Source of the DNA: an uncultured Rhodopirellula sp. | GTDB taxonomy: Bacteria; Planctomycetota; Planctomycetia; Pirellulales; Pirellulaceae | Length of the DNA stretch: 64,000 nt | Assembly (NCBI GenBank): GCA_964007735.1 | Contig: CAXGAI010000004.1 | Coordinates: 1-64,000, forward strand | Direction: 5' to 3' | Shown: one piece after another, positions 46,060 through 55,718 of the stretch | How positions within the stretch are numbered: position 1 is the stretch's first letter | Layout: each line of letters begins with the position of its first letter | Translations under genes and position numbers: made by a program | Notes under the pieces: generated by a model | What the model was told of the DNA's origin: nothing | Seen by the model: only the letters and a program-made list of their open reading frames with translations | Database searches by the model: none

Positions 46060-47508
46060 ATGATGAAAAATAAGCAAACTCAATCAAATCGTCGGCACTT
46101 CTTATCCCAAGTGGCAATGGGGAGTATTCCCTTGTCTCTTGCATGGTTGACACAGAATCGAGCTTCGGCTGAACCGGTGAAACCAAATCTGGGCCTGCAA
46201 AACTATGACTTGTCACCCAAGCAAACTCATTATGAGCCCAAAGCAAAAGCGATGATCTCAATGTTTATGCAGGGTGGCCCAAGCCAGATGGATCTCATGG
46301 ACCCTAAGCCAATACTGAACAAAATGCATCTCGAGAAGTTCCCTGGCAAAATCAAATATGATAATGCTGCTGAAGCAAGTTCTCGAATTATGGGAAGCCC
46401 ATACAAGTTTGCCAAACATGGAGAGTGTGGTACGGAGATTTCAGAATTAATGCCAGGATTGGCGGATATCGTCGATGATGTATTGGTAATTCGTTCGATG
46501 CATACTGGTGTAAATAATCACGGACAGTCTATTCATGCCATGAACAGCGGTCGAACTCAAAAAGGACGTCCTGCTTTAGGAAGTTGGTTGACATATGCTC
46601 TTGGTGCGGAAACCGATGAATTGCCCGCCTATGTTTCGCTGACGGATCCACAGGGACTTCCTGTTGAAGGGGTATTGAATTGGTCCAACGGTTGGTTGCC
46701 ATCATTGTTTCAGGGAACGGTGATTCGTCCCATAGAACCAAGAATCTTAAATCTCAATGCTCCCCGACAGTTTGCAGGTAAATCGCAAGAGAACTTTCTC
46801 GGTTTGATTCGCCGTTTGAACGAAAAGCATCGGCAACAACGTGAGCGTGAATTGGAGCTGTCTGCAAGGATGGCGAATTATGAACTTGCTTACAAAATGC
46901 AGACTTCAGCTCAGGAAGCACTCGATATCAGTCAGGAAACTCAGGCCACACATGATATGTATGGGATCGGAGTCAAAGAGACGGATGAATTTGGGAAGCG
47001 TTGTCTCATCGCGAGGCGACTAGTCGAACGTGGTGTACGTTTTGTCCAGTTGTTTACCAAGAATCAATATTGGGATCATCACGGATCACTGCAGACTCGC
47101 TTACCGGCATCCTGCAAAAAAGTAGATATTCCTGCGGCCGCATTGGTGAAGGACTTGAAACAACGTGGGTTGCTTGACTCGACGGTAGTGCACTGGGGAG
47201 GTGAAATGGGCCGCTTGCCAGTGATCCAAAATGATACAGGAGTCGCCAATTTTGGTCGGGACCACAATACTTATGGATTTAGTATGTGGGTTGCAGGCGG
47301 AGGGTTTAAATCCGGGGCAACCTACGGTGCAACGGATGAGTTTGGGCATAATGCAATTGAGGATGTCGTAAATCACTTTGATTATCACCGAACATTATTG
47401 CATCTGTTCGGTCTGGATGCCGACGCACTGACGTTCAAACAAAATGGGCGCGAGCAAACTTTGCTTGACGGACAGCCCGGTAAAATTGTTGAAGCTCTTT
47501 TGGCTTAA
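46060..47508 (+). CDS. DUF1501 protein (Tat-like signal)
   Basis: NRRHFL; FMQGGPSQMD; ARRLVERGVRF; WDHH; GEMGR; GRDH. ATG start chosen at 46060. Confidence 0.9.
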   Translation: MMKNKQTQSNRRHFLSQVAMGSIPLSLAWLTQNRASAEPVKPNLGLQNYDLSPKQTHYEPKAKAMISMFMQGGPSQMDLMDPKPILNKMHLEKFPGKIKYDNAAEASSRIMGSPYKFAKHGECGTEISELMPGLADIVDDVLVIRSMHTGVNNHGQSIHAMNSGRTQKGRPALGSWLTYALGAETDELPAYVSLTDPQGLPVEGVLNWSNGWLPSLFQGTVIRPIEPRILNLNAPRQFAGKSQENFLGLIRRLNEKHRQQRERELELSARMANYELAYKMQTSAQEALDISQETQATHDMYGIGVKETDEFGKRCLIARRLVERGVRFVQLFTKNQYWDHHGSLQTRLPASCKKVDIPAAALVKDLKQRGLLDSTVVHWGGEMGRLPVIQNDTGVANFGRDHNTYGFSMWVAGGGFKSGATYGATDEFGHNAIEDVVNHFDYHRTLLHLFGLDADALTFKQNGREQTLLDGQPGKIVEALLA

Positions 47509-47530
47509 AACGGATTCGCACTTCCCTGGG

Positions 47531-48514
47531 TCAATCCGGTTGAATGGGAGGATGTTGCTGTGCCGCCCTGTAGTCCCGGTCTTCGACTTTGGGGTGTCCT
47601 AACGGACCGTAGGTTCCAAATTCCTCACACTGGTCATCACCCGGAATAAATTTTATATCAATACCAGCTTCAGCGACGGTGCAGCGGTGGTAACCAAACC
47701 GGGTATCAATCGTATCCCAACGATCCGTCAGTTGTGCGGTATTACCGGCCGCCTGGGTTCGGTAAATCCGAATGCCATCGAGTTGCTGCACGGGACGAGC
47801 AGTATGTACGTGACCACAGAATAAGATTTCCACGTTCGATTTTTTAAGAATGTTCCAGAGGCGTTGTCTGTGAGGGGGGGAAATAGAAAAATACCAATTA
47901 TCGTATTCCTCCTCGTTGGTGAGATCCCAGTCAGGTTCATCGGGATTTTCCATGAACAACCAGTAGTGCATGATGGCAACATGATGTTTCGCTGGCTTTA
48001 GAATAGGAAGCGATTCCATGAAATCCCAAAACTTCTTTTCTTGTGGCAAGCCTGAACCAGCCACCGCTGCATAGAATCCGCTGAATCTTACATCTTTGTG
48101 CGTGAACGTCCAGTTGATTTTGCCATAGATCTGAGTAAAGAGTTCCAAACGTTCTGAGGTCATATTCAATTCAGGATCATCCCATCCCAATCCAAGCGGA
48201 TCCCATCGTTTTTTGGCACCGTTAACCATCGTGTGTTTATTTCCAACATCCATGTTGCCGGGAATGACATACGTCGGGAACGGAAGCGTACGCAAATCTT
48301 CAGCCGCCTGCCGAAGCTCAAAAGAATGTGTTTGTCCGTCTCGTGTCAGATCTCCACCGTGCAACAATAAATCTGCCGATTCTTGTTCTAACTGTGCTTT
48401 AATGGCGGCCCAACGCTGATTGATTGCAGGTCGGAATCGATAGGATCGGGGAGAGCCCATGTGACTGTCGTTTACGTGCAGGAAGGTCCATGGTTGGGAG
48501 TTCGAGTTGGTCAT
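47531..48514 (-). CDS. Calcineurin-like metallophosphoesterase
   Basis: DSH, GGD, GNMD, MH and GHVH motifs. Confidence 0.85.
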   Translation of the reverse strand: MTNSNSQPWTFLHVNDSHMGSPRSYRFRPAINQRWAAIKAQLEQESADLLLHGGDLTRDGQTHSFELRQAAEDLRTLPFPTYVIPGNMDVGNKHTMVNGAKKRWDPLGLGWDDPELNMTSERLELFTQIYGKINWTFTHKDVRFSGFYAAVAGSGLPQEKKFWDFMESLPILKPAKHHVAIMHYWLFMENPDEPDWDLTNEEEYDNWYFSISPPHRQRLWNILKKSNVEILFCGHVHTARPVQQLDGIRIYRTQAAGNTAQLTDRWDTIDTRFGYHRCTVAEAGIDIKFIPGDDQCEEFGTYGPLGHPKVEDRDYRAAQQHPPIQPD

Positions 48515-48632
48515 AAAATAATAGGTTTAAAGAATGGATTGGCTTTGGTGACTTGAGCCGGTATTTACATATGGATGATAATATGGCTATTCAGGTGAAC
48601 TATTACATCTTAATTAGATTGTACAGGGAGCG

Positions 48633-50282
48633 GTGAGAATGAAATTTCTGCAAACACTCTGTTTATTAATGACGGTATCAGCCGTTTTGGCTGATGAACG
48701 TCCCAATATTTTGCTCATCGTTGCTGATGATTTGGGATACAGTGATTTGGGATGTTATGGTGGTGAGATCAATACGCCAAATCTAGATGCCCTCGCCTAT
48801 AACGGTATTCGTATGACCCAGATGTATAATATGGGCCGTTGCTGTCCGTCACGTGCGAGCATTTTGACAGGACAATATCCCCACCGCGTTGGCTTAGGCC
48901 ACATGATTAAAGATATTGATCAGCCAGGGTATCGAGGCTCCCTTGCCGTTGACGCAGTGACTTCCGGCCAACTTATGCAAGCTTCGGGTTATCGGACATT
49001 TCTCGCCGGCAAATGGCATCTGGGGACTCCGGATCCTACAAAGCATGGATTTGAACAATCATATGGAACAGTTAAGAGTGGCCGACACTACTTTGACCCC
49101 ACGCAGTTAGATCGTTTTCCGAAGAATAATGCACCCATTGAATATCAGCCCGGCTCTTTTCACGCAACTGATGCGACGGTTGATCATGCGTTAGAGTTTT
49201 TGGAAATGGGACGAGAAACTCCGGAGCAACCATGGTTTTTATATCTGGCCTTTAATGCACCGCACTTTCCATTACATGCATGGCCCGGGGATATCGAAAG
49301 GTATAAAGATCGGTATCACGAAGGATGGGATATCATTCGTGAAGACCGGTTAAAACGCATGAAGAAATTAGGTGTTATTGCAAAAGATTCTGAGCTTTCG
49401 AAACGCAGCCTTTATTGGGATTGGGGCGAAACGGCACCTCTTCGCAATCCCGCCTGGGATTCCCTCCCACGTGATCGTCGTGGGGATTTAGCTCGACGAA
49501 TGGCAATCTACGCGGCAATGGTTGATCAGATGGATCGTAATGTCGGACGAGTGATCGATGATCTGAAAACCAAGGGTGAATTTGAAAACACATTGATTGT
49601 GTTTATCTCGGATAATGGTGCTTGCTATGAATGGGATCCTTTCGGCTTCGATGTTTGGTCCGGGAGAAATAATAAGTTGCATTGGGGTGACCAACTCGAA
49701 TTGATGGGCAATGCTGAAAGCTATCACAGCATTGGCTCCGGATGGTCGAACGCGTCCAACACTCCATTTCGTTTGTACAAGCACTATAGCCATGAAGGTG
49801 GCATTTCCATGCCTGCTATTGTTCATTGGCCCGGCGGAAAGCTGCCTAAGGGTAAAGTGCTGGATACCCCAGCTCATATCATCGATTTAGTACCGACTAT
49901 GCTGGAGGCCGCCCATGCAGAATACCCGCAGCAATGGCAAGATAATTCCACCATAAAATTACCCGGGCTTAGTCTGGTAGACCTATGGCAGACTGGTAAG
50001 CCGGATGATGTAATGCATAAACGAGCTTTATTCTTTGAGCATCAGGGAAGTCGGGCCGTACGTGAAGGTAACTGGAAGCTAGTCGCGACACGGGGCCAAC
50101 CGTGGGAACTCTATCATATTTCCCATGATAGAATTGAGTCACGCGATCTGGTGAAACGCCATCCGCTTCTCGCTAGAACTTTGGCTGCCAAATGGGATCG
50201 ATGGGCAGATGCTAATCAAGTCACACCACTTCCCCGTAATTTGGGAGCCGACTATTTGCCATCATCACCGTCAGATAAATAG
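48633..50282 (+). CDS. Arylsulfatase (S1 formylglycine-dependent)
   Basis: PNILLIVADDLG, CCPSRA, GKWHL, APH, SDNG and K...EGG. Confidence 0.93.
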   Translation: MRMKFLQTLCLLMTVSAVLADERPNILLIVADDLGYSDLGCYGGEINTPNLDALAYNGIRMTQMYNMGRCCPSRASILTGQYPHRVGLGHMIKDIDQPGYRGSLAVDAVTSGQLMQASGYRTFLAGKWHLGTPDPTKHGFEQSYGTVKSGRHYFDPTQLDRFPKNNAPIEYQPGSFHATDATVDHALEFLEMGRETPEQPWFLYLAFNAPHFPLHAWPGDIERYKDRYHEGWDIIREDRLKRMKKLGVIAKDSELSKRSLYWDWGETAPLRNPAWDSLPRDRRGDLARRMAIYAAMVDQMDRNVGRVIDDLKTKGEFENTLIVFISDNGACYEWDPFGFDVWSGRNNKLHWGDQLELMGNAESYHSIGSGWSNASNTPFRLYKHYSHEGGISMPAIVHWPGGKLPKGKVLDTPAHIIDLVPTMLEAAHAEYPQQWQDNSTIKLPGLSLVDLWQTGKPDDVMHKRALFFEHQGSRAVREGNWKLVATRGQPWELYHISHDRIESRDLVKRHPLLARTLAAKWDRWADANQVTPLPRNLGADYLPSSPSDK

Positions 50283-50287
50283 TTGGC

Positions 50288-51844
50288 TTAATCCTTTACG
50301 CCGCCACTCGAGGTGTCTTTGCGAAATGTCAATTTAGTGATAGTTTTCTTCACAGGTAACAGATGTTTGCCTTTAAGACGTTCTTGATTCGCTGCAATAT
50401 CGAACCAGATTGCCTTCATCTCGTTGACGCGTTGAGGATGTTTGGCCGCTAAATCGTGCATTTCTGTTCGATCTTTGTTCAGATTGTAAAGCTCCCAACG
50501 GCCCAACTTTGCAGACACGATTTTCCATGGGCCCTGACGTAATGCCCGATCTGTTCCGAAATGAAAGTAGAGAGTTTCATGTCCCTCACGTTCGGCACCT
50601 TCGAAAACAGGAACCAGTGACTTCCCTACGAGCGGGTCAATCTTTCGCTCCCCGACTTGTTGGGGATACTTGGCCTCAGCGACTTCAAGAAACGTTGCCA
50701 TGAAGTCAACGAGATGGGCTGTCTGAGTAGTGATTTCTCCAGGTTTGGTTTGCAACCCCTTAGGCCAGTGAGCAATTAACGGGGAACAGATACCACCTTC
50801 GTGTTGGTTCTGTTTATAGAGCCGGAATGGAGTGTTGCCAGCATTAGCCCAACTCGCATCATAGAGCCAGTAAGATGCCGGATTCCAAGGATCTTTAAAG
50901 CGCCCCTGAGTTCGTTCAAACGGACATGCTCCATTGTCACTACAAAACAGAATCAAGGTATTGTCTAAAATTCCTTTTTCTTCGAGATGAGCGATGACAC
51001 GACCAATATTCTGGTCCAACAGGTCGACCATGGCAGCGAAGACGGCCATGCGTTTAGCTTCCCACTCTTTGTCTTGTTTAGGGAGTGAACTCCAGGCAGG
51101 GACGTGGTCTGAACGAGGACTTAAATGAGTGCTTGCTGGGAACAGGCCGATTTCTAGTTGTTTCGTGAATCGGGTTTCTCTCAGTTCGTCCCAGCCATCG
51201 TTATAGTTTCCAAGGTGACGCTTTACATCTGCTTCTGGTGCCTGAAGAGGGTAATGTGGAGCGTTAAAGGGAAGATACATGAGAAACGGTTGCTTAGAAT
51301 CTAGCCCCTCGTTGATGAATTCGATGGCGAAATCAGCGATCGCATGCGTTGTATAGAAAGGCCGCCCATTCAGTGTTTCCGGGACATCATATTTCTGGCC
51401 GTTGTATCGGAATGTATCGTCACCCGTGAAGAAGTTGGTAGCTCCTGACAAGTGTCCCCAATAACGGTCGAATCCAAAGTCTGTAGGTTGTTTGCTTAGG
51501 TGCCATTTGCCGGACATGGCGGTAAAGTATCCAGCCTCTTTCAAAACTTCAGCGATGGTGGCTCCTCGACTAAGTGATTCTCCGCCTGCTTGATCACAAT
51601 AGAGACCTGTTAGCAGCGAAACGCGTGAACTATGGCATTTGGAGGTATTGTAAAACTGAGTAAAACGCAGCCCGTTGTTTGCTAATTTGTCTAGATTGGG
51701 AGTGGGTATTTCCGAGCCATAACAACCGATATCAGAGAATCCTAGGTCATCCGCCATAATGAGTAGGATGTTTGGGCGGTCATCACCATAAGTAACCAGA
51801 GAGGAGAGAAACAGTACTAGTACGGCAAAGAATTTTCGTGGCAT
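50288..51844 (-). CDS. Arylsulfatase (S1), CxSxR variant
   Basis: PNILLIMADDLG, KCHSSRVSLLTG, GKWHL, APH and SDNG. ATG start chosen at 51844. Confidence 0.9.
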   Translation of the reverse strand: MPRKFFAVLVLFLSSLVTYGDDRPNILLIMADDLGFSDIGCYGSEIPTPNLDKLANNGLRFTQFYNTSKCHSSRVSLLTGLYCDQAGGESLSRGATIAEVLKEAGYFTAMSGKWHLSKQPTDFGFDRYWGHLSGATNFFTGDDTFRYNGQKYDVPETLNGRPFYTTHAIADFAIEFINEGLDSKQPFLMYLPFNAPHYPLQAPEADVKRHLGNYNDGWDELRETRFTKQLEIGLFPASTHLSPRSDHVPAWSSLPKQDKEWEAKRMAVFAAMVDLLDQNIGRVIAHLEEKGILDNTLILFCSDNGACPFERTQGRFKDPWNPASYWLYDASWANAGNTPFRLYKQNQHEGGICSPLIAHWPKGLQTKPGEITTQTAHLVDFMATFLEVAEAKYPQQVGERKIDPLVGKSLVPVFEGAEREGHETLYFHFGTDRALRQGPWKIVSAKLGRWELYNLNKDRTEMHDLAAKHPQRVNEMKAIWFDIAANQERLKGKHLLPVKKTITKLTFRKDTSSGGVKD

Positions 51845-51964
51845 TTTAGGCTCTATTGCGGAAAAGGAACTTGCGACCATCGCTCTTATTATAAACCGTG
51901 TTTCTGGTGTAGAAAGGCATCGGATGCCGACAGTCACAAATCAGGCGAAGTAGACGGGACTGCA

Positions 51965-51973
51965 TGATATAAT
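51965..51973 (+). promoter_or_regulatory. Extended -10 promoter element
   Basis: Perfect TG-A-TATAAT 27 nt upstream of the 52001 ORF, in a divergent intergenic region. Confidence 0.5.
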
Positions 51974-52000
51974 CGACCACAAATTTGTATTAAATCTTTC

Positions 52001-55000
52001 ATGAGTTCGGGCACTTCTATTCCTATGCTTCGACGATATTTATCATTACTCAGGCGGCTAACAACGGTCGCCGTTCTCGTGCTCAGCATCCGTACTTCTT
52101 GTGGGGCTCAGCAACTTCCCGAACCCGGAATAGGGCTATTAATTCAATCTCAGGAAATTGCATCGGTTCGCGCGAAAATTACTCAGGAGCCCTGGGCTGG
52201 TCAGTACAAGGCAATCGAAGCTCGAGCGGATGAATTGGTAGCCGCTTGGGCTCAAGACAAACTCCAAATGGATGATCGTCTCGAAAAAATTCTTGACCTA
52301 ACCATCGAGTTTGACGCTGTCACGAAAGATGAGGGCAGTCGTGAGCTTGCAAAATTACTTGCTCATCACATGCAAACACGTATGACCTCTGCCGCTTTTG
52401 TTTATTTGATCACAGGTGAAAAACAATACGCAGAAACAGCCTTTGATGTTCTTGTAACCGCTGCCCGGGTGAATCGCTGGGGATGGTTTACATGGAGTGG
52501 TGCAGCCATGCCACAGATTCATGCCGGGATGTACGCTCGGAATAGCGCGTTTACGGTGGATTTTATCTGGTCGGCCTTAACGGATGCTCAGCGTCAGCAA
52601 GCACGCGATATCCTTGCAGAAAAAGTCGTTGAACCATATTACCGTTTGGTTTTACATACACCAGCGATGGGCCTTCATCATCTAAGGAGTAAGAATCAGG
52701 GAAACAATGTTTTTTCGGGAGCGATGATCGGATGCTTGGCATTGGGAAGGGATTACCCAGATGCTCAAAGATGGTTCTCGAGTTTCCTGCAAACTTATCA
52801 TTGGTTGCTGGCCCACGACATCGGCTGGGCAGGGCAGGGGCTTGAAGCCGGGATGCCTGGATACTGGAGTGTCTCCATGCAAAATCTTTATACCGCTGCT
52901 GTCTGTTTGCATAATGCTAGAGGTGTGGATTTGAGGAATCATCCCGGATTCGAAGAGGCCACTTATTACCCGATCATGCACGAATCCACTGTACCACCCG
53001 TCGGGATGTTCCGGGAACCTATTAGCAAAGCGTATCAAGGAATCTCCGGAATTATCTCGGGAAAACCAATCGAGTTGCCAGGTTCTGCCTCGGGCAGTGC
53101 CTGGTGGTATGACTTTGCTTATCGCAATCCAAAGTCGGCCGCGGCTTATTTTATCAACCAGTCGATGGTCAGGTTGAACAGTAAAAAAGAATTTTCGTTT
53201 GCCAGTCATAACGCTCATCAATCAGGCCACTCCGACATCATCACGTTGTTATGGACACGTCCGGAAGTTTATCAACCAAATGTCTCCAAGCCGACGGACT
53301 TGTTCAAAACCACGGATCGCATGAGTATGCTTCGCAGTGGCTACGGTATGGGGCACACTTATATGTACGTCAATGGTGACATCTTCCTTTCATCTTTAGG
53401 AGAAATATTGGGGACATCATCCGGGATGTCTTGGCACTATAAGTGGCATGGTTATCAGGCTGCTGAGACGGGAATCGTTACAGAAGGAGAGCCCCTAGCT
53501 CCATCGATGAAGGTGAATAGTAGTTGGGATGGAGAAAAATTGTCTATCATCCATTCTTCTATCGCTCGCAGTAATATTCAGTACTACAAACCCAAAGAAC
53601 ATGACAACCTTCCCACTCATTATCAGCGGCGTGACCGTGATATTGTTTATGTCAAAGATGTACCAGGCCGAGATTATTTTATCTTTATTGACCATGTCCA
53701 ACAGGAGAAGCCGAGGTTTCATGGATGGCAATGGCAAACCTGGAATCACGTGTTTGCAAACGATAATGTCAATGCTGCTGTTTATGAAAGAGTGAACGAT
53801 CGGTATGTGAGATTGAAACGCCCCAATGCTGATCTGGGAATTCAATTGCTCGTTCCGCAAGACGTTGAATTTGAAATCGAGAGTGCTCCCGGCCAGCCAA
53901 AAGTATCATATATGTATGACCATAATTTGCTGACTTTACGCGCCATCGCCGGCAAATATAAGACTTCAAATGAACAACCTGTTGTTATTGCGCCGAAAGC
54001 ATGGAGTGGGAGAGGCAAACTTGTTCATCCGAGTCAATTAGAAGATGGTTTACCGGAATCAGCTTATTACGTCAAAGGTAAGACAGCTCTAGTAGAGAAA
54101 CAGGGGGTTAGTCTAAATCAATTCCAATCAACGGTATTGTTGAAAGCCGGACATCGCTATCGCATGCGTGTGCAATACAAAAAAGATGATCTCGCGGTCT
54201 ATGAAAATCTTGCCTGGAAAATTCCCTTCACGTTATTGGACGCTGAAGGAAACGTCGTTGTGAAGTGTAGTGAACTGTACAATATTCCAGATCCATTGAG
54301 TCTTAGAGATAATCGCTCGATGACAAAAACAACGGACTGGATCAGCACAGACTACGTATATTTTTCAGTTCCCGAAGGGAGGGATGTGGCAATTCTTCGT
54401 GGAGAATTATTAGCAGCTGAATATTCTCATCCCCCCAATCACATCCATGATGATTCGATTCTGCAATTGGGGCCTGTCACTATCGAACCGCTTGGGAGAG
54501 TACTTGCGACAACAAGTCAGACATTTGTAGCACTATTGAATCCACTCGAGAAGTCAACGGAATTAATACAGGCCGAGGTCGAGAAGATAGAGGAAGCCAC
54601 GGTGATTAAGATTCCAAGAGGTGAGTTTGAGGCGGATTGGATTGTCGTTGATGCTCGAAAGCCAGTCACCTTTCAGTGGGGAACTGTAGCAGCGGAATTT
54701 GCCTGGTTCAGGATTCGGGATGACGAGACGATTGAACAAATCTATCTGCGGAAGGCGGCCTACTTAGCGTTGGAAGGGCAGGAGATATTTAAGAACTCCG
54801 GGCCTCTTGATCTGGCTTTGAATATGAATAGTGTTGGCCAGATTTCCCATGTCCGTGCATCCGTCGACGGAGCGACTGAGCTAACCATGTTTGGCAGGAC
54901 TTACCCGCTGGGTAATGGCATTCAGATTGCCGATGCAAATCTTCGTTTCAGGTCTGATCCAACGGCAACGACGCTGGAAAGTAACTCCATTTCCAGCCAG

Positions 55001-55711
55001 CAGCAATTGCGTCAGGGATTGGCACCCGTTCTGGACGCACAGTTAGTCAGTCGTGATGAATCACTCGCATTGAATCTTGCGCGGGAAGCAAGAGTCACCG
55101 CATCCGCGAGTAGGGCGGTTCGCTTTTCACCCTACCTGACGATTGATAACAAGACATCCGAGTATCCTTTGGATGGAAAATTAGACTATACGCAACGACC
55201 AATTGCGACGTCGACACTGGGCGGATACGGACCGGAGAAACATCTGCTTGTCAGCGATCCAATGGCAACTTTTCCGTTTTATGTTTCGCCAACCTACTGG
55301 TTGTTGCCTTACCAGCAACAGGGGTGGATAGAGTATGAATGGAAAAAGGACAGGCAGGTTTCAGAAGTCCGGGTTCTAAACACGGCAAACGCCGGGTTAA
55401 ATGATTTTGCTACGATCGACTACCGGATCGAATTACGTGATGTGGATGGGGAAGTAATTGTTACTCAGAGCAAAAGGTTCGGCAAAGTATTTGATCGTCC
55501 GTTTAAGGCTGCCTTTAAATACCCCGAACACTTTGGGAAGTATAGTGAGACCTTTGCAGGCATGTTGGAGCCAGGAGTGCCGGTGCCATTTGGAGATGGT
55601 TGGCAGTCCACAAGGTTTAATGCGGTCAAAGCTCGTAAAGTAAGAATCTATATCGATTCTTACTGGGGGTTGGGCGGTGGCCTGAATGAAGTTCAGATTT
55701 ATCCAGAATGA
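52001..55711 (+). CDS. Large secreted heparinase II/III-like (polysaccharide-lyase-like) multidomain protein (alternative start 52025)
   Basis: Signal peptide; helical toroid-like N-half (AFVYLITGEKQYA, NQGNN, EAGMPGYW); beta-rich middle; C-terminal discoidin-like domain (ARKVRIYI...GLNEVQIY). Confidence 0.6.
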   Translation: MSSGTSIPMLRRYLSLLRRLTTVAVLVLSIRTSCGAQQLPEPGIGLLIQSQEIASVRAKITQEPWAGQYKAIEARADELVAAWAQDKLQMDDRLEKILDLTIEFDAVTKDEGSRELAKLLAHHMQTRMTSAAFVYLITGEKQYAETAFDVLVTAARVNRWGWFTWSGAAMPQIHAGMYARNSAFTVDFIWSALTDAQRQQARDILAEKVVEPYYRLVLHTPAMGLHHLRSKNQGNNVFSGAMIGCLALGRDYPDAQRWFSSFLQTYHWLLAHDIGWAGQGLEAGMPGYWSVSMQNLYTAAVCLHNARGVDLRNHPGFEEATYYPIMHESTVPPVGMFREPISKAYQGISGIISGKPIELPGSASGSAWWYDFAYRNPKSAAAYFINQSMVRLNSKKEFSFASHNAHQSGHSDIITLLWTRPEVYQPNVSKPTDLFKTTDRMSMLRSGYGMGHTYMYVNGDIFLSSLGEILGTSSGMSWHYKWHGYQAAETGIVTEGEPLAPSMKVNSSWDGEKLSIIHSSIARSNIQYYKPKEHDNLPTHYQRRDRDIVYVKDVPGRDYFIFIDHVQQEKPRFHGWQWQTWNHVFANDNVNAAVYERVNDRYVRLKRPNADLGIQLLVPQDVEFEIESAPGQPKVSYMYDHNLLTLRAIAGKYKTSNEQPVVIAPKAWSGRGKLVHPSQLEDGLPESAYYVKGKTALVEKQGVSLNQFQSTVLLKAGHRYRMRVQYKKDDLAVYENLAWKIPFTLLDAEGNVVVKCSELYNIPDPLSLRDNRSMTKTTDWISTDYVYFSVPEGRDVAILRGELLAAEYSHPPNHIHDDSILQLGPVTIEPLGRVLATTSQTFVALLNPLEKSTELIQAEVEKIEEATVIKIPRGEFEADWIVVDARKPVTFQWGTVAAEFAWFRIRDDETIEQIYLRKAAYLALEGQEIFKNSGPLDLALNMNSVGQISHVRASVDGATELTMFGRTYPLGNGIQIADANLRFRSDPTATTLESNSISSQQQLRQGLAPVLDAQLVSRDESLALNLAREARVTASASRAVRFSPYLTIDNKTSEYPLDGKLDYTQRPIATSTLGGYGPEKHLLVSDPMATFPFYVSPTYWLLPYQQQGWIEYEWKKDRQVSEVRVLNTANAGLNDFATIDYRIELRDVDGEVIVTQSKRFGKVFDRPFKAAFKYPEHFGKYSETFAGMLEPGVPVPFGDGWQSTRFNAVKARKVRIYIDSYWGLGGGLNEVQIYPE

Positions 55712-55718
55712 TTTGTGA

